A DNA stretch of 64,000 nt from an uncultured Chloroflexia bacterium. Lineage in GTDB: Bacteria > Chloroflexota > Anaerolineae > Anaerolineales > UBA4823. Below, one piece after another: positions 38,113-48,264 of the stretch (position 1 is the first letter of the stretch; every line of letters starts with the position of its first letter). A program made the position numbers and the translations under genes. Below the pieces are notes generated by a model, which saw only the letters and a program-made list of their open reading frames with translations, was not told where the DNA came from and made no database searches. The DNA is taken from assembly GCA_963744375.1 (NCBI GenBank), contig CAVUTH010000008.1:6746-70745 (forward strand), in the 5' to 3' direction.

Positions 38113-41100
38113 GCCAGCTCTCTACCCGGTGCAGGTACTTCTGGCATTCGTCCACGGTCAGCGAGCGGGTTACCAGTGACCTGGCCAGGGCTGCCAGCTC
38201 CTGGGTATCCAGCAGGTAAAAACGCACCCCATCCGCATTAGCCGCCGCCAATCGTTTCCCATCCGGGCTGAAAGCCAGGCTATAATGCCCGGCGCCGTTG
38301 TCGAAGAAGGTGAGCAGCTCCTCACCCGTCGCAGCATCCCACAGCTTGGCGCTCCCATCCTGGCTGGCGGTGCCGATACGCGTACCATCCGGGCTGAAGG
38401 CGGCGCTGGTGACTGCGCCGGTGTGCCCGCTCAGTACCAGCAGCTCTGCCCAACTGCCTGTGTCCCACACTCTGGCGCTGCCATCCATGCTGGCGCTAAC
38501 CAGCCGCTCACCATCCGGGCTGAAACCTAACGAAAGGATTGAGTTGGTGTGCCCTTGCAAAGTGGTGCTTTCCTTTTTGGATTCCAGGTTGAACAGGCGC
38601 ACGCCTGCCGTTATGGAGACCGGCTGCCAGCATGGCTGCCATCCGGGCTGATCGCCAGGGATTTGATCTCATTTTGCAGCTCAAAGGTATCGACAGGCTG
38701 CATTTCTGCGCTGCTCGTCAGCTCTGCTGGGGAGATATCCCACAGCTTGATCTTAAAGTCGTCGCTGGCAGTGGCCAACAGCATGGCCTGGGGGTGAAAG
38801 GCGAGCCGCGTTGATCCGTCCGGTGTGAGCCGGCCACTGGCGCAGCAGCTCGCCGCCGAGGCGGCATCCCAGACTTTCACGACAGCCTCTTCGCCGGCGG
38901 TGGCGATGAGCTTGCCGTCCGGGCTGAAGGCATAGGCCGAGACCCAATCACCGCCCACCGGCAGGGATTGCATCTCCTGGCCAGTGGCTGTTTCCCACAG
39001 CTTGACCGCATCTCCCTGGCCGCCGGCCAGCAGCGCGCCATCCTGGGCTGAAGGCAACCTGACCGCCGACGCCGCCAGGCTCGAAAATGGCCTGTCCTTC
39101 GCGTGCCGGCAGGATATCCCAGGTACGCAGGCTGCCATCCTCGCTGCCGGAAGCTAATTGCGTGCCGTCCGGGCTGAAAGCCAGCCCGGTGATCGCTCCG
39201 TTGTGGCCGTTCAGGGTGAAAATTCGGCGGCCGGTGGCTGTGTCCCACAGGATGATTTTGCGATCGGCGCCCCCGGTCGCCAGGCGGCTGCCGTCCGGGC
39301 TGAAAGCGACGGCTTGAATATCGTATTCAGGTGCCCGCCGAAGGTGAGCAGCTTTTGCCCGCTTTCGGCATCCCACAGCATGGCTTCAGTCTCGCTGACG
39401 GTCGCGATGCGGCTGCCATCCGGGCTGTAAGCCGCCGCCCACACCCAGCCCGGATGACCGGCAAGCTGCAGGATCTCCTGGCCGCTGGCGGCATCCCATA
39501 CCCGGGCTGTGCGGTCGTCGCTGATGGTCAGCAAACGGTTCCCATCCGGGCTGAAGACTGGCCCCGGAGACGTAATCGGTGTGGCCGGGGAAGTTGGCCA
39601 GCTCGTTTCCGGATAGCGAGATCCCAAACTCTGGGCAAATTGCCCGCTGGTGACCGTCGCCAGCCGGGCGCCATCCGGGCTGAAATCGACTGTGGCGCCG
39701 GCATCGATGTGCCCGTTGAGCGGCAGCGCCTCGCCGGTAGCGGCATCCCACAGGGCGACGGCTGCCATCGGCAAGCACCGTGGCAAGCCGGCGTGCCATC
39801 CCGGCTGAAGGCGGCGGCATGCCCGGCGGTCGTGAACAGCCAATCGTCCCGTCAGCCGAGCCCCCAGACTTTCACCACCTCGTCCGGGCTGGCGGCTGCC
39901 AGGCTGTTTGCCATCCGGGCTGTAGGCCAGGCTGATCGCTTTGCCCTGGCTCGCCGGCGGGGATGACCTGCCGCACCCTGGATGCCAGCACTGCCTGGTG
40001 CAGCGCTTCTTCGCGCCTCAGGTCGTATCGGCGGCATCCAGCGCCTCAAGGCCCAGCAGCAGGCTGCGCTCGGGGTCAATTTCCAGGCTGCCGGATAGCG
40101 GCGGCTGCCAGCTCACGCGAAGCTGCCAGGCGGCCTTCGCTCAGCCACTGCCGCCCGATGAACAACGCCAGCGAATGCCATCAGGGCGGCCAGGACGAAG
40201 GCCACGGCCAGGTAGATGGAGCGTTTGCGCAGCTGCCCTGCGGCGTGGGCCTGCTCCTCGGCGCGCCGCCGCTCGGCTTCGGCCAGTTTTTGGGCAGCCT
40301 CCAGCTCGCGCTGGCGTTGTGCTTCGCGCTCGATGCGCTTCGCACTCGGCAAAATCCTGCGCCGCGGCGATAAATTCGCGTTCCAGCGGGTTCATCTCGT
40401 CCTGATGGCCGGATCGGCCCATTCCACGTGCCTGCGCCAGCCGGGCGCCGCGATAGAGCACATCCGGCTCGCGGCTCCAGGTCGGCCCACTCCTGGGCGG
40501 CTTCGGTCAGGTGACGGTGCAGGCGCAAGCCCTCACGGTTGTCTTCCAGCCAGCCGCGCAGCGTCGGCCACTCGCGGATCAGCGCCTCGTGCGCCACCTC
40601 GGCCGAGTTTTCGCTGGTGGTGATCAGGCGGGCATCGGCCAGGGCTTTGAGCACCAGCTGGGTGGTGTCTGCCTCTTCCGGCTTCAGGATCAGCTCATTG
40701 AATGTCGCCCGGCGGCGGGTATCGCCGGTGGCTGTTTCGTCACCCAGCTCGGTCAGCCGCAGGAAGATGCGGCGGGCGATCTGCCCGCTGCTCGGGCTTG
40801 AATTGATCGGTGAAAACCGCTTCGGCGGTCTCGGCGATCGCGCCGCGCACCCCGCCCGAGGAGGTGTAGCCGCTCAGGGTCATCATGCGCCCGCGCCGGC
40901 GCTGCCAGGTCTCGAACAGCGCATGCGAGAGCAGCGGCAATGCCCCGGCTCATGGCCCACATCGTGCAGCAGCAGATCCACCAACCCCGGCTCGAGCTCC
41001 CAGCGCCCGCGGCGGGCAGGTTCCTCGATCGCCCGGCGCAGCTCCTCATCATTCATCGCGCCGATGTACTCCTGCTGTCTGCGCCAGGGCATCGCGCAGC

Positions 41101-41982
41101 CGGGCATAGCCGGCGCAGTGGGCATAAAAATCGGCCCGCAGGGTGATGACAGCACAATGACCGGTCCGTCCGGCTCGGCAGCGGCTGTCATGAGCAGGTT
41201 GTCGATGAAGCGGCCCGCTCGTCCTCCGAGCGGCACAGGGCGAACAGCTCCTCGAACTGGTCAACCACCAGCAACATCCGGCGCCGCATTCGCTGATCAG
41301 TTACTTGCCGTGCGTGAACAGGTGCAGGCTGCGCGGATCTGCGGGCCAGGTCATCCATCAGGCTGGCGGCAGCACCACCGAGCCATTTTCCTGCGTCAGG
41401 GCCATCGCCAGGCTTTCCAGCGGATGGGCGGTGGGCGTGAGCACATGAATATCCCAGTCCGCCGACTCCTTGTTCCAGCGCAGCGCCGGCACCAGCCCAG
41501 CCCGCACCAGCGATGATTTGCCGCTGCCGGATGCGCCCACGACCGCCAGGAAGCGCGGCTCGCTCGGATGCCGCCTGGGAGGCCAAACCCAGCAGCCGGT
41601 TCAGTCAGTTTGGCCGTCAGCGCTTCCGCGTCCAACGAACAGATCCGCATCGGCCTTCATCGAAGATAATTCAACCCTTTGTAGGGACACAACCCCAGCA
41701 CCGGCGCATCTTCGCGGCGCACGTTGGCGGCCAGATCGAGCAGGCTGCGCCACCGCCAGCGGGCTCATCTTCCAGGTCCAGCGCCGGGACGAAGCGCGCT
41801 TCGATGGTGGGGATATCCGGCAGGCGCAGGTTTTGTTCCAGGCGGCTGATCTGCGCATCGCTGTAGCCGACCGCGATCGCCAATTCCATCTGGGTGATGC
41901 CGGCGCGCCGCCGCAGAAAGCGCAGCAGGTCGCCAAAGGTGGTGAATTTTTCCAGCGTGCTGGAAGGGATGGAATTAATCAT
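38113..41982 (-). pseudogene. XRE-HTH / STAND-class P-loop NTPase / TM / ~14x WD40 repeat protein, at least a dozen frameshifts
   Basis: The ATG at 41982 gives the HTH (GITQMELAIAVGYSDAQISRLE). Then come Walker A VVGASGSGKSSLVRAGL (ORF 41358..41540), Walker B LLVVDQFEELF (ORF 41188..41586), a coiled coil plus TM helix IYLAVAFVLAALMAFA (ORF 40113..40352), and WD40 units in ORFs 39211..39843, 38948..39376, 38611..39138 and 37991..38602. The sequence ends ...SLTVDECQKYLHRVES. Confidence 0.8.
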
Positions 41983-42170
41983 CGTGCTGTCCCTTCTATA
42001 GGCGGATTGATTTCCCGTCGTATATTGCACAAGAATATCATAATTCAGTTTTCTATTGGAGAATTTTGGCAGAAAATGGCAAGCCTGGTAACTCACCGGT
42101 TGATATAGTTCAGAGCATCAAACGGCGCCCATGGAGCGCCAATATTCACCAGTTTATTTTGGAGGAAACC

Positions 42171-43753
42171 ATGAAGCACATAACCCGAACCGATATTACC
42201 TTTGCTCGTCTTGCTGGCAGTCCTGCTGTCCGCTTGCAGCAGCGCCGGCCACCGAGCAGCCCGCCGCCCCGGCAGGCCACCGAAAAGCCGGCGGAGATGC
42301 CTGCCACCAGATGTACCTGCCGAGCCGACGGCATGCCGCCGATCGTAGCGCCTGGCCGAGATCCAGGAGATCGCCATCGAAGCCACAGGACTTCTCCTAC
42401 AGCGTGCCGGAAAACGTGGTGGAAGGCTGGGTGCGCGTCAACCTGACCAACAGCGGCAGCGAGCCGCACCACGTCCAGTTCCTGCGCCTGAACGACGGCG
42501 TGACCTTCGAGCAGTTCCAGGAAGCACTGCAAGCAAGGCGCAGGCCCGGCCATGGCGCTGGTGCAGCAGGTGGGCGGTGTGGGCGCCATCGCTCCGACCA
42601 TGTCTGCCGAGTGCGGTGCTCAACCTGCCCGCCGGCGAGTATGTCATGCTGTGATCTGATCCCCTCGCCCAGCGATAACATGCCGCATTTCACCAAGGGC
42701 ATGATCGCCAATTTCCCCGTGCTGGCTGCCGCAGGGTGAAGGCGCTGCCGAGCCGCAAGCCTCGCCTGACTGTGGACCTGCAAGATTTCACCTTCGAGAT
42801 GCCGGATAGCCTGCCGGTGGGTGAGAGTGTCATCAAAGTTGCCAACAATGGCCCCGAGGCGCACGAGTGGAACCTGCTGCTGCTGGCCGAAGGCAAGACC
42901 GGCTGCCGATGTGGAAGCCTTCCTGTCCGGCGCCGGCGGGCCGCCGCCCTTCGCCCCCATCGGTGGGATCAACGGCATGGACAAGGGTCTGCACGGCTAC
43001 GCCGAAGTCGACCTGCAGCCCGGCCGCTATGCCGCCATCTGCAACATCCCCAGCCCCAACGCCGGCGGCCAACCCCACCATGCCCTGGGGATGATCAAAG
43101 AGTTCACCGTTGGCGATGTGGCTGCCGCCCCGGTCGCTGCCCCTGCCGCCGCTTTCCCCATCGGCCAGTTTGTCTCCAATACCGATGCAGCCCTCTCGTA
43201 CATCTTCAATGCCGATGGCACCTTCTCTTACGTGGTCAGCCAGACCCCGGTGCTGAACGGCACCTACGAAATCCAGGGCGATGTCTTCCAGGAGCTCTCC
43301 AACGATGACAGCGATCCCGCCTGCCAGAATCCGCCCGCCTACAAGTGGTCCTTCGACGGCGCCACCCTGTCCTTCTCCCGCACGGAAGAAGATGCCTGCC
43401 GCGGCCGCCGCGAAGCCAACGCCGATACCTACACCCTGGTCAAGGCTGCATCCGGCGAGTTTCCCACCGGCCGGTTCATCTCCAATAGCGATACTGCCCT
43501 GGCGTATGTCTTCAACGCCGACGGTACCTTCTCCTTCGTAGTCAGCGAAACCCCGGTGCTGAACGGCACCTACGAAATCAATGGGGATCTCTTCCAGGAG
43601 CTGACCAACGACGATAGCGAGCCTACCTGCCAGGAGCACCCCGCCTACCAGTGGATGTTCGACGGCACGACCCTGTCCTTCATGCCCACCGGCGAGGACA
43701 CCTGCCGCGGCCGCCGCGAGGCCATGGCCGATACCTACACGATCGCTCCGTAA
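42171..43753 (+). pseudogene. lipoprotein with two cupredoxin-like domains and two C-terminal Cys-containing repeat modules (several frameshifts in the first half)
   Basis: The ATG at 42171 sits behind GGAGGA. Signal-like fragments are spread over three frames. Domain 1: SGSEPHHVQF...GEYVMLC(D)LIPSPSDNMPHFTKGM. Domain 2: NGPEAHEWNL...GRYAAICNIPSPNAGGQPHHALGM. Two modules of about 100 aa follow at 43154-43459 and 43460-43750, intact in ORF 42821..43753. Confidence 0.6.
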
Positions 43754-43907
43754 CTAGGGGTTTAGATGTAGCAGCAGGCTGTCCGAGGGGAAGGACAGCC
43801 TGCTTGATGTTAATCCTATCGGGTGAAAAGGTCGCTCACCCGACAGTGAATCGAACGCTTAGCGCCCGAATTTAGAAACCGATATCCGGCGGTCGGCGTT
43901 GCGGCGG

Positions 43908-46900
43908 TCAAACAACTCGCTGGTCGGTGCAGTTTTTCCCCGGGCCGCCCTTGATGCGCACATCCTTACGCACCGTGTTATTGGCTGCTACCGGATCGAA
44001 GGTGGTCGAGGTGACCGAGGCAAAGTTAGAGATAATCCTGACGCTGCCGCGCACATCGACAATGATATCCACGCTCACCGTTTGTCCGGCGGGCAGGGTG
44101 CCGAAGTTGCAGACCACATTGTGCAGCGCCAGGCTGTAAGCGCACAGGCCATTGCCGCTGTCCATCACATAGACAATCTTCTTCGGGTCCATCGGCAGTG
44201 TATCGGTCATCACCACATTCAAGGCATCCGAGGCGCCCAGGTTGGTGATCGTGATGACGTACTGGATGCGCGGGGCGGGATTGATGGTCAGGAAGTTGGC
44301 GGCTTTGGTGATCATCAGGTCGGCGCTGGCGTTAACCAGCGTGTCCTCCTGCACCATCACCGGAGCGGCCTCCAGCGCATCGGCAGTGGCGGTGTTCGTC
44401 AGAGTCGTGCCATGCGGCACCGAGGAACTCACCAGCACGGTGAAGATCACCTTGACATACGCGCCCGGATCCAGGTCGTTCAGATCGCAGTACAGCGTAT
44501 CGGGCGGATTTGCCAGCAGCGAACAGGTGCCTGAGCCGTTGGATATGGAGTAACCCTGGTAGCTTGACTCCGCCGGGCAGCAGGTCGCTCAGGGTGACAT
44601 CCGTGGCGGTGGAAGGCCCGTTGTTGCTGATGGTGACCTCGTAGGTCAGGATCATACCGGCGATCACCGGGTCGGGTAAATCCGTCTTGGTGATGCTCAG
44701 CACGGCCATAGCGTCTACCTGGACGGCCACCGTGGCCAGGTTGTCGTCGTTATCCCCATCGTAGGTGTCGCTGGAAACGCTGGCGTTGTTGCCCAGCACG
44801 CCGCGTGTCCCCGGTAAGACGTGCACGACGATGGTCATCGTCTCGGAGGCGCCATCCGCCAGCGAGTTGAAGGCGCAGGTCGTCGGCAGGGCTGCATTAC
44901 CGGGCACGCCGGCATTACAAACTCCATTGGTCGCTGAAACACTCTGGATGGTCACGCCGGCCGGCATGACATCCGAGATGACTACATTGACCGCTGTGGA
45001 GGGGCCATTGTTGGTCACTTGCAGGGTGTAAGTCAGGTCCGTCCCCGCCACCACCGGGTTAGGCGCGGCTGTTTTGGTCAACGCCAGGTTGGCGGCCGGG
45101 GTGACTGTGGTGCTGTCTTGTGCAACGTTATTGCCTGGGACCGGGTCGGGGGTGATGCTGGAGACCGTGGCGGTGTCGTTGATATCCTGGCCTTCATCGG
45201 CGCTGAGCACCACCTTGATCGTGGCTATAGCGCCAGCGCTCAAATTGCCTATATTGCAGCTTACATCACCCCCACCTATTTGTGGGTTGGCGGGGAAATT
45301 GCATACTCCCAGGGTGGATGTGGCGCTGACAATGTTGAATGTTCCGCTGCTCACGATCGCGTCAAGCAGAGCAACCGATTGGGCAGTTGAAGGTCCCAGG
45401 TTTTCGATGACGATGGTGCAGGTCGCGGTATCACCGGCATACCATGGGGTGCCCTGGCGATCGGGCTTGCAATCCTTCGTTACCCTCAGGTCGGCTTCTT
45501 CGATGACTATGGTGTCCGCGGTTGCGCTGTTGTCGCTCATGTCAGGATCAAACTCGGTCGCGCTTACCGTCGCCGTATTGCTGAGTGTATTGGTGCCATT
45601 GGCGATCAAAGACGCGGATACTCGCACCACGACATCGAAGGGTATGCTGGCACCAGGAGCCATATCTCCCAGGTTGCAGGTTAAGGTTGGATTGGCGAAG
45701 GTGCAGCCTCCCGTATTGGAGATATAAGTCACCCCGGCAGGCAGGCTGTCACTGACGACCACATCCGTTGCCTGGCTGGGGCCGTTGTTTGTCACCGTGA
45801 TTGAGTAGGTCAGCAGGCCACCGGCAGTCACCGGGTCCGGTGAGTCGACTTTCGTGATGGACAGGTCGGCCTGGTTGCAGGTGGGGAAGCGGAAAGCACC
45901 GACGCGTGTAGCCCAGCCTCCGTTCGCCAGGCCGTACTCCTGGGTGTACCAGAAGGTGCAGCCATCCACCGGATCCAGGCTCATATCGCTGTAGTCACCC
46001 CAGCGACCCGGACAGGGATTGCCACCGCAGACCAGGTTTTGTGATCCCGTTCCGTTCATCAGCGTAACCTCACCGTGGGGCAGCAATCCAAGCGGATCGC
46101 TGGCCAGGCGGCCGGCGTAACGGATGCCCGGGAAAGTGGCATTGTTGTCGGACACGCTGTAGCCAAGAGCCATGTTACCGGCTTTATCCATGGCAACACT
46201 GCCCATCCAGCGGTGCAGCCAGGCCGGCGCACCCACCTGCTGTGGGGCATAGGTGCCTTGCTGGAACAGAGTCCAGGCGCCAGCTCCGGCCGGGGTTCGG
46301 CGCAGCTCATACCAGCGGATGCCGGTATTCCCGTTGCCATCGGCATCTACCGTGTGGTTAAAGACCATGGCTTCATATGCGCCAAAGTTATGGTATTGCA
46401 GACGGAACATCGGCCAGACTGTGATTCCAGCCAAATTCTGCATCCCCACTCCTGGCTGTGGGATGCAGTATTCCATCAGGCTTCCTGGGGCGCACAGGCC
46501 CGAATCGAAAGGTGCGGTATTCAGCGCAGTTGGACCGCTTAATGTGGAGTTGGCCGGGTTGCCCCAATCCACGCTGAACTGGAAGACTTCGACACGGTCG
46601 TTGCCGCCCCACAGGCCGCCATCCATCATGCGAGCGAAGAAGGCCGGGCTGCCTGCCGGCGGTGCATTCCAGTCGGCATCGCTGGGCAGCAGGACGATAG
46701 CAGGGCTGCCTACAGTGGCGACCTGGAAAGTCGCCGGGTTTCCGTTGAGCATGTTAGCCCGGTCGAATGCCATGACGTTCAGATCGCCACCAGTGTAGCC
46801 CCGTTGGGAAGTCAGGTAATAGGCATCCGGCCAGACGCTCATCTTGGGGTAATCGTGTCCGAAGTTGAACTGGAACTCGTACAGGTACCAGCCGCCGTTC

Positions 46901-47595
46901 ACCGGATCGCCGGTTTGAGAGACGGCAATACACTGCCAGGTTGGGGGATTGGCGAAGCCGTTGGGTACGGCAAACTGGCTGATCACCCAACGATCCGCGT
47001 AACGATCATAGAGCACGATCGGATCGCCATTGTTGTTTGCCTGGCAGGCTGTACCGCTGTTCGCTGCCACCCACAGCTGGTTGATGTTGGTAGGACCGGC
47101 CAGTAAATTTCCCAGGCGGTCGTAGATGGCAAACTGAGAATTGACCGATTGGATGTATTCATTGCGGCCAATTGCCCCATTCGTATCGGGGGGTAAAGAC
47201 CCGGTGAAACCAATCCCGTTGAAATTGGGATTGGGATTGAGAAATTCAGGCGGCGTGACGGCATCCGGCATTTCCGTTTGCATCACGCTGTCTGGGACGC
47301 CAGGGGCATCCGGAAATACCAGCGGTGAATTCTGGCTCTGGTCTCCCAGGGGGAAATCCCGGATTGCATCTCCAGGCATCCATTTCAACGCCTTTGGTAG
47401 AGAATTAATCCCTCCGCTAAATACGCCGGGTGTTACTGGCGCACCGGAGGCGACCTGCCCCTGGGTGGGTGGTGAGAGAGCTTCGCGAGCCTGCCCGATC
47501 GCTGGTGAGCTGCGCAGCATGGTGATAGACAGGATCGCGACTGTCAGTATCACAACTGCCCGCAATAAAGTAGCGTTCTTCCTTTGGCGGTTCAT
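43908..47595 (-). CDS. large secreted DUF11-repeat surface protein (one frameshift near 44555)
   Basis: ORF 44332..47661. I prefer the ATG at 47595, behind AGGAG, giving MNRQRKNATLLRAVVILTVAIL. The N-terminal domain is about 560 aa. At least six DUF11-type units follow (DLSITKVDSPDPVTAGGLLTYSITVTNNGPSQATDVVVSDSLP...). The last units continue in ORF 43908..44450 after an extra G in a GGG run. Confidence 0.8.
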
Positions 47596-48264
47596 ATCCC
47601 AATCTCCTATTCGAAAGGTGCATAAATTGGTAAGGGTTTTTCGGAGGCGCGTTGAAACCAATGCGGCAAAATAAACGCGCAGATGACGTGGTTTTGGGTT
47701 AAACCGGTCTTTTAAAAATTGTCTCTCAGGAACAGCTTAACGCGGGTTCCTACGAGCGAGAGAATAGCTACTCGCCTAGGATCAGGACGTCAGGCCCATA
47801 ACCTTTCGGCCGGTCCAAAACCCACTGCCCAACTGACTTCGTGTGATAGCCAATGGTAAATCAGCCGGGCCTCATTGATGGAGGAGTAGAGGGTAGATCG
47901 TTTATCCAGGCGCCTCCTTCTTCGGGGAATAGAATCCCCCATTGCTCTACAAGCGACCAGGTGCTGAAAAGGCTGAGATGATCTTCCGGGTTTCACAAGG
48001 ATCAGCTATTTCCCCAAAAAGCTTTATAAGCTGACCTTGCCCGGTCTGGCAATTTGACTATTCAACACCAATAAGGTAAAAGAACTATGAAAAGATTATA
48101 GTATCATTACCCGGTTTGTCAATAGGTCAATATCGATATTGTCATAATTCTTAGCCTGGTTAAATATTAATGGTTTGCCAGCTGTCAATTGCAGAGGGGG
48201 TATTGATCGATCGATTAAGTTTGTGTTGAATTTGTGAATATTTGCGCGATAATAAATTAACTCG

